A DNA stretch of 42,981 nucleotides from a virus, in IMG/VR virus record IMGVR_UViG_3300009537_000043, positions 1 to 42,981 of that record. One strand, given 5' to 3'. The notes under the pieces were generated by a model. The model did no database searches and was not told the origin of the DNA. It saw only the letters and a program-made list of their open reading frames with translations. Shown piece after piece: positions 25,109-35,318 of the stretch. Every line of letters starts with the position of its first letter. Positions within the stretch are counted from its first letter, which is position 1. Both the position numbers and the translations under genes were made by a program.

Positions 25109-27760
25109 TTATTTAGTTGTTTGTAATTGTGGCATCAAAGATAGAATATTTAGTGGATAAGGTTGGTCTTGAACTATGTAATATGAACCATCCGTATCAT
25201 AATCTGATGGCATATCAAACGATTTATCCCCAGTAAATAAATCAGGTGACATATCCATCTCACTTGTAGTCTTTCTAAAAGAAAGAAAACTTAATTTATC
25301 TTCACTAGGTCCATATTTGAGACCAAGAGAGCTAAGGATACGAAGATTAACTTTGTGTAGTCTCTTCATTTTACCCTGAGCAGTCCCAGATTCAGAACCA
25401 GCTTCAATTGGCAAAGTCTTTAACAGGGAACGATAAGGAAGTCCCGCGTGTATTACGGAAGCTGCCGCACCACTAATTGTGACTTCACCACCAACTACTA
25501 GTGAAAGATTATCTCTAATAGAACCATCAGCAACAACTTGGACTAATTGTCCTTCAAGATGGTCTAGACCAGAAACTGTGTTAACAGGAGAGCCATTGTA
25601 TGTCAATCCAGAATCAACAAAGAACATGTTGTCTTTATCTTGAACTTCTAATGAAAGAAATTCTTCTTCTAAGTATTCAATGTATCTCTTAGTCTGACCG
25701 TTAATAGTTCTTTTAACAATGATGTAAACTTGGTCAATAGACCCGACACCACCAGGAACACTAGTAACACTTTCTACAACAGCATTACCACCATTAAATA
25801 TTCCTCCAATAATATGGTTGTGCCAGGCAAAGACTTCTTGGTCCTTCTCATATGTAAAAGCAGCTAATTGACCCTTACCTGTTGAAATCCAAAAAATTGA
25901 GCTTGGTTCTTTCTGATAAGCTGTTGAAACTGCTCCACCATTCTGTCTTAAGATATGCTCTGAAATAACAGTTAAATCAGATGCTTTATACGCATCAGTC
26001 TGAAATTCATAAAACAACTCTCTCAGTTTGTGAGATGAACGTTGAATAAAGAAAACAGATGAACCTACCTTAGTAGGACGCAAGTTCTTTGCAGACCCAT
26101 AAGAAGTTTGTTCAACAACAGCAAGATTAGTTGGAGTTATTGGTTGATTGATGGTGGAAGCTTTAGTCTGCCATTCAGAACCAATAGTCCCAATAATCAA
26201 AACTGAAGATGACATCATCCATACAATAGAATTGATTCTGCTTGAAGAGATAGTATATGTAATGGCTGAATCATCAGCAACAGAAGAATCCTGATTAGTA
26301 GGTGCAAAATTGTTATAGTCTGAAGACTTACTACTCCATACAGTTTGAGGTTGTAATGGAGAACCTCCAAACCATAAACGCTCTTCATGAAAAGTAGAGC
26401 ATTGAGGATAATTATTTGTGAACCATGCACCAAATCTCCAATTCAAAGTTTTGGCATTGTCTAAATAAGAGTCAAGTCTTTCTTTTGCTGGAGGCATCAT
26501 TCGACCTAAAGAAACTTGAACTGTTTTTGCATCATTATAGGTTGCAACAGTTCCCCACACTTGTTCAGAACTAAACTCTAACCTAAATTGACGTCCTACA
26601 TCAGTAGATGCAAAAACATTATCAGAACTGTTTAATTGTGCAGTAATGTTATGATTGGAAAATGACAAGATACCTGTCGTTGACTTCATTGTCAAAATAG
26701 AAGAAACTTCTATAACATCTGCTGATACAGTTCCACCACCAATTGGTGCTGTATAGTTTTCAGGTTCACCTATATGTTTACCTGTTTTATACCACACCCC
26801 ATCAACACGAATGAAAGCATTTTCTGAAGAAAGTGTCCAAATAGACAGAGTTGACCTAATTCGATTGGTATATGATGTTGGGTTAGAAACTGAAGTAAAA
26901 CCAACAGGTAAATTCATCCACCCAGTGTTAGGAGATTCATTAAAGGTTAATACATTAGAAACTAGAGTAGTGCTTGCTGGAACAGTCCAAGAACCACCAT
27001 TGTTAATAAGTAACTGATAACCACCACCTGCACCAGCTTGATAGGTTAGAACTGCTTGATTATCGAGTCCTGCTACATCAATAATGTTCTCATAAGGTTC
27101 AATTACAACCTCAGTTCCACTAACATAGGTTATGATTTTACCTACAACGAGTTTGGTTTTGTAAGGATATTCAACATATTTACCTACATCACCAACAACA
27201 AATTCAGAAACTGTTGACTTCAATGTGGCTCTGTTTACAATAGACGTTAATGTCATTGTAATACCTCTAATATCCACATCTAAATATGGACCATCTTTAG
27301 TCACATAATCTTCAAGAACCCAATTAATGTCTGAATATCTAGACAAAGTTTTAGGTTTATATAGTGGATGTGTAATATACACAACATCAGCAGATTGCGT
27401 AAAACTTAAATCTTTAAGATGAGCTTCAAGATATGGAGTAACTACTTCTACTGGAATCCCTCCATCAAGAATTTGTGCACCATCTTTAATGAACCTGATG
27501 TATTGGTCTCCAAATTCTAATACAAAAGCTTGGGTAGCAGAGAATTCAAACCTTACTAAAATTGAAGTCTTGCTTGAATCTTTAGTCTCTTCAACAAATC
27601 TTGTTCCAGACCTACGTGAAATTCCACCTTGAGGTTTGACCAGGAAATTTTGAAGCTTCTCAACTCCATTAAAATACTTCGTGATATCTACTCGACCACG
27701 AATATATGGAGACACTTCACCAGCAGTGAAGTTAGTTTGAATTGGATAAGCTTCAGGCAT
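25109..27760 (-). CDS. Large tail protein (tail tubular protein B / nozzle-like)
   Basis: 883 aa. The N-terminus IQTNFTAGEVSPYIRGRVDITKYFNGVEKLQNFLVKPQGGISRRSGTRFV matches a recalled conserved podovirus nozzle N-terminus. It follows the adaptor-like gene. Confidence 0.55.
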   Translation of the reverse strand: MPEAYPIQTNFTAGEVSPYIRGRVDITKYFNGVEKLQNFLVKPQGGISRRSGTRFVEETKDSSKTSILVRFEFSATQAFVLEFGDQYIRFIKDGAQILDGGIPVEVVTPYLEAHLKDLSFTQSADVVYITHPLYKPKTLSRYSDINWVLEDYVTKDGPYLDVDIRGITMTLTSIVNRATLKSTVSEFVVGDVGKYVEYPYKTKLVVGKIITYVSGTEVVIEPYENIIDVAGLDNQAVLTYQAGAGGGYQLLINNGGSWTVPASTTLVSNVLTFNESPNTGWMNLPVGFTSVSNPTSYTNRIRSTLSIWTLSSENAFIRVDGVWYKTGKHIGEPENYTAPIGGGTVSADVIEVSSILTMKSTTGILSFSNHNITAQLNSSDNVFASTDVGRQFRLEFSSEQVWGTVATYNDAKTVQVSLGRMMPPAKERLDSYLDNAKTLNWRFGAWFTNNYPQCSTFHEERLWFGGSPLQPQTVWSSKSSDYNNFAPTNQDSSVADDSAITYTISSSRINSIVWMMSSSVLIIGTIGSEWQTKASTINQPITPTNLAVVEQTSYGSAKNLRPTKVGSSVFFIQRSSHKLRELFYEFQTDAYKASDLTVISEHILRQNGGAVSTAYQKEPSSIFWISTGKGQLAAFTYEKDQEVFAWHNHIIGGIFNGGNAVVESVTSVPGGVGSIDQVYIIVKRTINGQTKRYIEYLEEEFLSLEVQDKDNMFFVDSGLTYNGSPVNTVSGLDHLEGQLVQVVADGSIRDNLSLVVGGEVTISGAAASVIHAGLPYRSLLKTLPIEAGSESGTAQGKMKRLHKVNLRILSSLGLKYGPSEDKLSFLSFRKTTSEMDMSPDLFTGDKSFDMPSDYDTDGSYYIVQDQPYPLNILSLMPQLQTTK

Positions 27761-27989
27761 CTGTGTTATCTATTTTACATTCTCCCCTTCTGCACATCTC
27801 TCTCATTTCTTTCATTTTGATATTAAGATTTATTTGACCATCTTCCAAAGATTGCAATTTTCGACCAAGCCACCATATACCTCCTCCAATGACTCCAATA
27901 GTCCCAAGAGGAACTAAACTATTTTCATCAAAAACAACAGCAGCTAAATACAGTCCAGATGCTAATAAACCGTTTAAAAAATTTTCCAT
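27753..27989 (-). CDS. Small two-TM membrane protein (holin-like topology)
   Basis: 78 aa with LLASGLYLAAVVF and LGTIGVIGGGIWWLG hydrophobic segments and a charged C-terminus. Confidence 0.45.
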   Translation of the reverse strand: MENFLNGLLASGLYLAAVVFDENSLVPLGTIGVIGGGIWWLGRKLQSLEDGQINLNIKMKEMREMCRRGECKIDNTDA

Positions 27990-27990
27990 G

Positions 27991-28593
27991 TTATTGACCT
28001 ATCCATTTTCGTTTTGGTAAAGCTGAATTTCCAACATCTCTAGAATCAAGGTAAAAGTTTGCTTCAATTTCTTGAGGAAAACTCTCTTGAGCATCTGGAG
28101 TCTTAGCTTTCTTTAGTGCTAAAGTGAAATCTTGGCGTAAAGATTCTCTAAGAGTATTAGATTGAGTTATCTTGTAACTAATATCCCAAGCAAGATAAGT
28201 TGCAATTGCTTCATCTAATGTTGAATCAAACAATTTAGGGTCATTAACATCCCAAATATATTTTAATTCAATAGCATCAGAATCAATCAAAATGTTTCTT
28301 CCTTCAATTGTGAAGTCGTCTTGAGAATCATTAACACTAAGAACTCTTAGACAATCTACAGGAAGTTGAAATGAGTAAGTAAAACCAAAAGCAGGAGTTC
28401 CAACCAAAGGAGAAAGTATGCTTCTTTTGATAGCACAATTCCATGGGTGTCGGCGAAGAACATATTTCTTACAAGCCTCATATCTCTCTTTACAAGTTGT
28501 AGCAGTTTTACTTCCATCAGATAATGACAGAATTGACTCTGAACCAATTTTGGTCAGAGCCGAGTTGCAAATTTCTATGATTGATTGTGCCAT
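27991..28593 (-). CDS. Tail tubular protein A / head-tail adaptor-like
   Basis: The N-terminus IIEICNSALTKIGSESILSLSDGSKTATTCKERYEACKKYVLRRHPWNCA matches a recalled gp11-like adaptor pattern. 200 aa, upstream of the nozzle gene. Confidence 0.5.
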   Translation of the reverse strand: MAQSIIEICNSALTKIGSESILSLSDGSKTATTCKERYEACKKYVLRRHPWNCAIKRSILSPLVGTPAFGFTYSFQLPVDCLRVLSVNDSQDDFTIEGRNILIDSDAIELKYIWDVNDPKLFDSTLDEAIATYLAWDISYKITQSNTLRESLRQDFTLALKKAKTPDAQESFPQEIEANFYLDSRDVGNSALPKRKWIGQ

Positions 28594-28895
28594 TATAGTA
28601 ATGGGTAATACATGGACTTATAATCTGCTATGATAGAATTCTTTAGTCCAGTGTTAATATAACTAGGGTCATTCACCAGCTTCAAAAACATCTTCACTAC
28701 ATCAATAGGTAGGTATTCTTCAACAATTACTGTTGTTGGTAGTTCTGATAATGGAGGTTGCACATTCCCAACTGAAGGGTAGTTGACTACACTTGAAGAA
28801 ATTTTGAGTTCACCAGTTTGAATACTAGCACCTTCAACTTTTGAAATTGTAAATTTATACATACTATTGAGGAGTTTCTGCCCAATACATGTCAA
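28593..28895 (-). CDS. Hypothetical structural-module protein
   Basis: 100-aa ORF in an operon position between the capsid and tail genes. Confidence 0.4.
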   Translation of the reverse strand: MTCIGQKLLNSMYKFTISKVEGASIQTGELKISSSVVNYPSVGNVQPPLSELPTTVIVEEYLPIDVVKMFLKLVNDPSYINTGLKNSIIADYKSMYYPLL

Positions 28896-29091
28896 TAAAC
28901 TGCACTAAATTCATTGAATCAATACTGTAAGCAGTCATGTAACCTTTTTCTGCCATTGTGAGAAATTTATCTAGTGTATCAGAAGTGATGTTACTTTCTT
29001 TAATTACAACTACAGCATGGAGATTATTTGTCTTGGCTATTTCAGCATTATGTCCTTCATCTACTTTCTGAATCGTAATCTTAAATGCCAT
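28864..29091 (-). CDS. Hypothetical structural-module protein
   Basis: The track ORF starts at a GTG (29106) inside a hairpin. The first ATG (MAFKITIQ) is at 29091. Confidence 0.4.
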   Translation of the reverse strand: MAFKITIQKVDEGHNAEIAKTNNLHAVVVIKESNITSDTLDKFLTMAEKGYMTAYSIDSMNLVQFIDMYWAETPQ

Positions 29092-29100
29092 AAGAAAGTT

Positions 29101-29148
29101 GGCCACACCTAGGATTAGGCTTGGAAAGCCATCTTCCTAGATGTGGCC
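29101..29148 (-). terminator. Long interrupted hairpin downstream of the capsid genes (attenuator or RNA-stabilising element)
   Basis: ggccaca/tgtggcc (7 bp), cctagga/tcctag (6 bp after one mismatch) and ggctt/aagcc (5 bp) stacked in 48 nt. Confidence 0.45.
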
Positions 29149-29154
29149 AGTTGA

Positions 29155-29661
29155 TTAATCTACAACGTAGTAGATAGCACCTTTGAGAACTTGCGTTCCC
29201 ATGGCAGCGGCAGCGGTAGTCAGGGTGACATACGTAGGTTTCTCGCACTCATAGTAGCGATACAACGCTTGAGTAGCAAAGATTTCAACCAACGCAGTCG
29301 TAGTGACAGCCGCAGCAGCAAAACCAAGTGCTACTGCATCAGAAACAGAGTTCGCCGCATCAATGAATCCACTACCGTCTTTAGCAGCTAGGCCAATAGA
29401 CAGAGTAGCAGAACCAGTTGAGGCAGAAACACTGATTTCTCCACGAAGGATTCGAGCTCCTTTAGGGAGTTCGACCAACGCCAAGTCAAGACCAGCCGCT
29501 TCAGAGGCAAAGGTTTTCGTAAAGTGTGCAACACGAATACGACCTTCTTTCTGATTAGGTTTGAGCGGTGAATAAGCGGGAGGTTGGATTTGACCCAATT
29601 CCCCACTGTATCCATCAATGACTGTGGCTGCGAGCAACAGACGATTCAGTTTAGTAATCAT
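29155..29661 (-). CDS. Putative capsid-associated (decoration or minor capsid) protein
   Basis: 168 aa, Ala/Gly/Thr-rich beta-type composition, directly after the major capsid gene. It shares that gene's elevated GC and is followed by the long hairpin. Confidence 0.45.
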   Translation of the reverse strand: MITKLNRLLLAATVIDGYSGELGQIQPPAYSPLKPNQKEGRIRVAHFTKTFASEAAGLDLALVELPKGARILRGEISVSASTGSATLSIGLAAKDGSGFIDAANSVSDAVALGFAAAAVTTTALVEIFATQALYRYYECEKPTYVTLTTAAAAMGTQVLKGAIYYVVD

Positions 29662-29696
29662 AATTTATTCAGTTATGGTTATTGTCGGTTTTTGGA

Positions 29697-30587
29697 TTAC
29701 AGAACGGTTTCGTCGCACTTACAACGAAGAACTTTCTCCTCCCACATACGGCTTGCACCGAATTGACCACAGACGTAAACCTGAGTGGAATAACGTTTGC
29801 CAGGCAACTGGTCAACCTGAACATTCAACTCTTGACCCATAGCAAGAGTGATACCGGACTGAGGATAGAACAGACATTCACGAATGTTTCCAACCTTAGT
29901 CAACAACTCAGTTTGGATGAACTTGAAACCCATAAAGGTGTCAATCTGTCCAGCAACCAAGGCTTTGACTGTGTTGTAATCCGAACTCGTAACTTCCGTA
30001 GTCCGCAGCAACGATTGAATCTGAGATTCGGTGAGAATGCAATACAGCATTTCACCTTCTTCAACAGCTTCAGTCGAACGCAACAGGAACTTAGCACGAC
30101 GAAGTTTACCAATCGTCATGTTAGAGTTCGCTGGAGTCACTTCGTGATAGTTGACTGCAATCTCCGATGCCGCAGGAAACGACACTTGAGTTGCACCTGT
30201 TTTTCCAGTGTATGCTGTTGCGGTGGCAGCAGCAATGATAGCCCGGTCAACTGCTCGACCCATTGCAAACACAGCATTCTGTGTGTAAGCTGAAGTTGGG
30301 TCAGCAATCATCCGGAGCTTATCCTTCTTGTCAATGAGGTCAGCCCAATCATAATCCTCCAGCGAAATACGCCGGCGGTCATGAGGGGTCTCATTCAACG
30401 GTGTGTCACCATGTCGAGTAGTAACCTTTTGGGCTTCGACAGGTCCAATACGGTCATAGAAGTCAAATTCTGCATTTTGAGACTCAACCCGAACTGTGCT
30501 TCGGAGTCGAGACCCTTTCTGCTGGAACTGAACCTCAATGTTAGACCGGTAGGTCTGAACTAGAGCTTTGTCAATTTGTTGACTCAT
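29697..30587 (-). CDS. Major capsid protein
   Basis: 296 aa, positioned after portal and scaffold, with its own 193-nt leader. Its GC is higher than that of its neighbours. The N-terminus MSQQIDKALVQTYRSNIEVQFQQKGSRL resembles recalled podovirus capsid proteins. Confidence 0.7.
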   Translation of the reverse strand: MSQQIDKALVQTYRSNIEVQFQQKGSRLRSTVRVESQNAEFDFYDRIGPVEAQKVTTRHGDTPLNETPHDRRRISLEDYDWADLIDKKDKLRMIADPTSAYTQNAVFAMGRAVDRAIIAAATATAYTGKTGATQVSFPAASEIAVNYHEVTPANSNMTIGKLRRAKFLLRSTEAVEEGEMLYCILTESQIQSLLRTTEVTSSDYNTVKALVAGQIDTFMGFKFIQTELLTKVGNIRECLFYPQSGITLAMGQELNVQVDQLPGKRYSTQVYVCGQFGASRMWEEKVLRCKCDETVL

Positions 30588-30780
30588 AGAGTTTCAATTT
30601 GTTAAACCGAATTTTCGATTAAGTTCTCCTTATGGGCTTAATCTTGCGGTTTCTGCCGCCAGCAGACAGGAAAGTTATCCTGTGTCACAACGGGCCACGA
30701 ACGGTTATCCGTTGAACAAAATTTCTTTTGACATATCCTGTATTGGAAGTCAAGAGATATTTTCATATTTTTCGAGTGAA

Positions 30781-31626
30781 TTAACCTCCATATGCTTTCT
30801 CATGAAGCATACTCCAACGTTCCACCGCTCCAGCATGACCTGGATTACTACGGTCTCCAAGAGCAGCTAGGAACTCTTTATCACCTTTAAGAGCATTAAT
30901 CTCTTGAACAGCTTTGGTGGAATCAAGAACAAACAGGTCTCCAGCACCAGAACCACCTGCTTTATCTTCCATCATGGTTTCACCAATCTGTGCAAACAGT
31001 TTAATGAATCCTGGATTATTACCATTCTGTTCAATCAGTTTGGCAATGTGAGGGTCTTCACCACCAAACTTCTTCACAACAGCTTGAGCAACATTGAGTT
31101 TGGTGTCAAAGTCATGACCCCAATCAGTCTTAAGCTGAGTAAGAGCAGCTTGCTTTTCAGTTTCAGACTTTTGTGACAGTTCTGCGGTAGAACGACCAAT
31201 AGATTCCAGGTAGTAATTCAATGCACCTGAAGCCTGTTTATCAGTGAGTCCCAGGCTGTGAAGATGCTTTTTCACTTCGCCAAGTTTGGCATCATCAATC
31301 TGAACACCTTCTGGAAGTTTCTCAGGTTTGAATGTATACTCTTCAGGTTTGGAAGGACGACCCAAAGCATTGAAGAACTCGTCATATTGTTCAGGTTTCC
31401 AATTTGCTTGAGGCTTTGGAAGCTTCTCAGTGCCAATCAATTTCTGAGCATGAATGTAGGATTGAGCAAGGTCTCCAACTGTCTTGAAGTCCTTAAGATT
31501 AACCTCACCCCTAATAGCTTCAGGGATTGATTGACGCCAATCTTGAACTTGGTCTGCTCCACCTCCACCACCTGTTCCACTTCCGTTACCCTCTCCACCG
31601 AGGACGTTATGTAGTATTTTATTCAT
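30781..31626 (-). CDS. Scaffolding protein
   Basis: 281 aa with a Gly-rich N-terminus, then a helical charged sequence, between the portal and capsid genes. Confidence 0.55.
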   Translation of the reverse strand: MNKILHNVLGGEGNGSGTGGGGGADQVQDWRQSIPEAIRGEVNLKDFKTVGDLAQSYIHAQKLIGTEKLPKPQANWKPEQYDEFFNALGRPSKPEEYTFKPEKLPEGVQIDDAKLGEVKKHLHSLGLTDKQASGALNYYLESIGRSTAELSQKSETEKQAALTQLKTDWGHDFDTKLNVAQAVVKKFGGEDPHIAKLIEQNGNNPGFIKLFAQIGETMMEDKAGGSGAGDLFVLDSTKAVQEINALKGDKEFLAALGDRSNPGHAGAVERWSMLHEKAYGG

Positions 31627-31879
31627 GTTTCATGCTTTCTTTGATTTGTTCTGTTATTTCCATCGGGTCTTTACCAATAATCCGCAGTATTGATAGAACT
31701 ATGTGCTGCTGACCTTGTCTTACAAGACACATATTAGGGTCAGCAATTATTTGCGGTTTTGTAATTCCGCTTACTTTCATCAAGTAAGCAAGAACTTCCT
31801 CACCGTCTTTATTATCAAAGACGGCTCGAAATTTTGATTGGAGATAAAGTCTCTCCTTAATCTTGTCGGTGATGCTCAT
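31619..31879 (-). CDS. Hypothetical protein
   Basis: 86-aa ORF coupled to the portal stop (ATGA-type overlap). Confidence 0.45.
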   Translation of the reverse strand: MSITDKIKERLYLQSKFRAVFDNKDGEEVLAYLMKVSGITKPQIIADPNMCLVRQGQQHIVLSILRIIGKDPMEITEQIKESMKHE

Positions 31880-33495
31880 TATAGGCTAAGTCCCTTCTCC
31901 TGAGCAGTAGCTACATCTTTCATAGCTGCAGCAGCTGGTTGCATTGTTTGAGCCATTTGCTGCATTTGTTGAGCTTCATTACGTTTCTGACGAATTTCGT
32001 TGACAGCTTCAGGACTGCGAAGAATGAATCGAGATACATTCTGCAATTGAGCCATCTCACGTGCAAATGCGTCTGTATCAATAGTATCAAGAATAGTTGG
32101 GTCAATTTGAGCAAATGGAACAAGCTCTTCGAGATACCGGCGAATATTGATACTCTTCCTGGCCAACTGTGCTTTTGCTGCTGGAGATACATATTCAATT
32201 GACATCCTTGTTCCAGAAATACTGGCTGGTGCTGGAGGGATTCGGCCAAGACGACTAAGGATATTGTAAGTCCTAGTCAACCGCGGTCCTAACAATTCAG
32301 ATTGAAGACGACCAAGAATAGGAGACATCATCTGCATCATCTCTTCTCGGTCATCCTGAATCTCAGTTGCTGTCTGACGTTCCTTTTTCTTGATACGTGA
32401 AACCCAATCTGCATAGAAACAACGCAGAATATGGTCACGCTTCTGTTGAAGCTTTTCTTCACCAATTTCAACACGTCCACGTGTTTCCAAAGGTTTAATC
32501 AAGTTTTCACCAGGCATACCAGACTCATAAAAAATGAGAGAAGAAGGACTGGTCTGAATAGGAAGAATAAATCCATCATCAGGAACTAGCAATGGAGGGT
32601 CAACAATCTTCTGAACTGCTTTGAGTTGAACCTTCTCCATGGCATTAACCATCTTGATATCTGGAAGACAGGTCATTCCAGGAGAACGACCATAGATTTC
32701 TCCAGACCGTTTCACCCAACGAGGACAATGGTAAGGGAATTCATCATATCCAGATTCCTTGAAAACCGCATCAGCTTCCTTGGAAAACCAAAAAGAAGCG
32801 AAAGGTTTGTTCTGTGAGTTCAATTTGGATGTATCCCTGTCACTCCTAGGAAACACAGCATGGACCACAATCCATTCCCGATTAGCATTCTTCTCCTCTT
32901 TAATTTTTTTGGCTGTGGTATCAGGAAACTCTTGAAGAATTTGACGAGTGGTCATCACAACCTCACGATACAGGGTGTCAATTTCCCCTTTCGAATTTTC
33001 CAACACACGACAATCTGCCAACGGAATAGACCTGAACATCGCAAGCTTTTCGCCCATGTTGACATCCTGGTATTCAATAGCAGTTCCAAACGCACCAAGA
33101 TTCATGTAAGTCTCATGAAGAGAATTATCATTATTAGACTTGGGATTCGAATAATTCTTGTAGATGATATCAGCAACTTGTTCGAGCCAGATTAAGACAG
33201 CAGGGTCTTTATCATACTCGTAATTGTTGATACAAAGATTGAACCACCGGTCTTGAGGAGATGTTAAGAACGAATGAAGACCTGCAGACAATTGTTCCAA
33301 TGCCCATGGAGCAGTGCCGTCAAGTATCAAATCCTGAGTTCGATTCCCAGGAGATGTCTTTCGGTTAAAGTCTGCTGCGGAAGTATAGACAAGGCTTTTA
33401 ATTTCTTGCCATTGAGCTTCCCAAGGACGACGAGCATTTGACAACTCGTCATTCTTTCTCACCAGTGTTTCAAGTTTTGTAGTCATATTAACCAC
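31879..33495 (-). CDS. Portal (head-to-tail connector) protein
   Basis: 538 aa in the terminase-portal-scaffold-capsid order. The N-terminal RRPWEAQWQEIKSLV pattern is recalled from podovirus connector proteins. Confidence 0.75.
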   Translation of the reverse strand: MVNMTTKLETLVRKNDELSNARRPWEAQWQEIKSLVYTSAADFNRKTSPGNRTQDLILDGTAPWALEQLSAGLHSFLTSPQDRWFNLCINNYEYDKDPAVLIWLEQVADIIYKNYSNPKSNNDNSLHETYMNLGAFGTAIEYQDVNMGEKLAMFRSIPLADCRVLENSKGEIDTLYREVVMTTRQILQEFPDTTAKKIKEEKNANREWIVVHAVFPRSDRDTSKLNSQNKPFASFWFSKEADAVFKESGYDEFPYHCPRWVKRSGEIYGRSPGMTCLPDIKMVNAMEKVQLKAVQKIVDPPLLVPDDGFILPIQTSPSSLIFYESGMPGENLIKPLETRGRVEIGEEKLQQKRDHILRCFYADWVSRIKKKERQTATEIQDDREEMMQMMSPILGRLQSELLGPRLTRTYNILSRLGRIPPAPASISGTRMSIEYVSPAAKAQLARKSINIRRYLEELVPFAQIDPTILDTIDTDAFAREMAQLQNVSRFILRSPEAVNEIRQKRNEAQQMQQMAQTMQPAAAAMKDVATAQEKGLSL

Positions 33496-33721
33496 CTAAG
33501 AGAGTTTTCTTCTTTTGTTCAAAATTCAGATTAGGCTCTGAACCAGACAAGATAGTAGAAGCCCTGCCTTGCTTTCCAAAACTTTGATTCCTTTCAGACG
33601 TAAGCCTAGCAGCATCTCCCCTTTCAGGGGGACGTGGGGGAGGAGGTGGAGCTTTCGCTTTACCACCACCAAAATAGCAACGTGTTACAGCTGTGATATT
33701 TTTATTCAATGATTCAATCAT
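33488..33721 (-). CDS. Small Pro-rich hypothetical protein
   Basis: 77-aa ORF with a PPPPPRPP tract, coupled to its neighbours. Confidence 0.35.
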   Translation of the reverse strand: MIESLNKNITAVTRCYFGGGKAKAPPPPPRPPERGDAARLTSERNQSFGKQGRASTILSGSEPNLNFEQKKKTLLGG

Positions 33722-34014
33722 AATAGTAGTTTGATTAATTTGTCTGTTTGGTAATGTTTTACTCTATCATTTCTGAGACCACGACACCATGCAACAAATG
33801 GTTTCCATACAGGCATAATATGAAGAAAATAACTAAGACAACCATCACCAACAGCAAGATGAATAAACCATCTTGTTTCTTCACATCGAGCCATGATGAT
33901 ACAGCTTGGTGAACTAAAGATATAATGTTCCTTTGCATACAATAGAACATCTTCTTCAAAATTTCCTTCGCCTTTTCTTTCATAAAGGCTTTTTGCTATT
34001 TCAACAACGCTCAT
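33718..34014 (-). CDS. Hypothetical protein
   Basis: 98-aa ORF, ATGA-coupled to the terminase stop. Confidence 0.4.
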   Translation of the reverse strand: MSVVEIAKSLYERKGEGNFEEDVLLYAKEHYIFSSPSCIIMARCEETRWFIHLAVGDGCLSYFLHIMPVWKPFVAWCRGLRNDRVKHYQTDKLIKLLL

Positions 34015-35318
34015 ACAGCTAACAAATCATAGTCACTTTCTGCTTTGTCTTGAGGTTTCTTGTTGTGTTTAGACCTTTCTTTAATTGACATCGCTAATTC
34101 TCTAAAAGCATCAGCGCAATGTGAAGCCCAATCATGACAAGGTTTGTCCTTAAAAAGCATTTTGTCTTCATCATACTCCTTATGATACATCTTAAGAGCT
34201 TCAATACCATTTTCACATTTTGCCTTATCAAAGTAGCAACGAGGTAATAAAGCCCTAACAGCTTCGATTCCTTCATCAATGGGTAACTGTTTGCCGATTT
34301 CGAACTTAATTCCCAAGTCTTTTGCAGTTTGCCACCTGGTTTTGGCTGTCGAGATTTCACGAACATCAATGTCGTGTGGTGCATAGTGACGCCCGTAAAC
34401 GTAATTTCGTTCTCGTAGGATTTTCGCATAATGTGCAAACCCTTCTCCATTGTTTTCGTAGTGGTCAATGACTCGAACCTCGAACCCATAGACCTGGTAG
34501 AACCAAATATTACATGTGTCACCTACACCCAAGTCCCATGCTGTATGGACAGGAAGTTTCGACTCATATGGAACATTACAGATGCGTCCTTCTTTCTCTG
34601 CTTTATCCATCAACTTCCCATAATAACTTCCCTGGAGCGGAGCATCAAAGGAGCAATATACTTCCTGTTGAAGCATCTCTTCTGACATACCTGAGTCCCG
34701 CATTTCTTTTACTGCTTCATCGTCCAGAACTTTGGTGTAGTCATTCCCCATTACAGCACCATACCATCGAGGATTGTTCAATGCCATCTGCAACATCTTC
34801 CATCCATGGTTTCTTCCACGTGGAGTGTAAATGAAAAGTGCCCATCCATCATTTTCTGCCAGAATCGGCTGCAAAAACTCCCAAATCTTGGGGTTCATGA
34901 TGCTCCATTCAGAGAAGATGATGCCTTTCGGGTTTGGACCTACTAGAGAATCTGGTTTATCTGCCCCAACTACCTGATAAATTGAATTATTATTCAATGT
35001 TATCTTCATTTCTGTATTATTCTTACTTTTCACCAGTGCTTCGGGAAAAGCAGAGAGAAATGAACGGCCCGTCTTCGTTTTTCCATCCCACGCAATCTTC
35101 TTCCCTTGCGCATACGTAGGAAACAAGTGCCAATACAGTCCTGGTTCATCCATCGTGGCTGTTGCAATCAAGTTAATTGCATTAAGGTCCTTTCCACCAC
35201 GGCGGTGTAGCACCAGGACAGCACGTTTCTTTTTGAATCCTCCTTTTTGAAAGTAAGCCCACAGCGGTCGTTGATACCACCGTGGTTCAAAATCGTAAGG
35301 TATGGAGATTTCAGGCAT
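34011..35318 (-). CDS. Terminase large subunit
   Basis: The ATPase region has LVLHRRGGKD. The nuclease-domain pattern is VHTAWDLGVGDTCNIWFYQ. ATG 35318 overlaps the upstream stop; the ORF track start is 35366. Confidence 0.8.
   Translation of the reverse strand: MPEISIPYDFEPRWYQRPLWAYFQKGGFKKKRAVLVLHRRGGKDLNAINLIATATMDEPGLYWHLFPTYAQGKKIAWDGKTKTGRSFLSAFPEALVKSKNNTEMKITLNNNSIYQVVGADKPDSLVGPNPKGIIFSEWSIMNPKIWEFLQPILAENDGWALFIYTPRGRNHGWKMLQMALNNPRWYGAVMGNDYTKVLDDEAVKEMRDSGMSEEMLQQEVYCSFDAPLQGSYYGKLMDKAEKEGRICNVPYESKLPVHTAWDLGVGDTCNIWFYQVYGFEVRVIDHYENNGEGFAHYAKILRERNYVYGRHYAPHDIDVREISTAKTRWQTAKDLGIKFEIGKQLPIDEGIEAVRALLPRCYFDKAKCENGIEALKMYHKEYDEDKMLFKDKPCHDWASHCADAFRELAMSIKERSKHNKKPQDKAESDYDLLAV

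Noticed and set aside
29682-30293. 203-aa plus-strand ORF
   Set aside because: It is antisense to the major capsid gene in a GC-elevated stretch where long shadow ORFs are expected. It has no motif and is Cys/Arg-rich.
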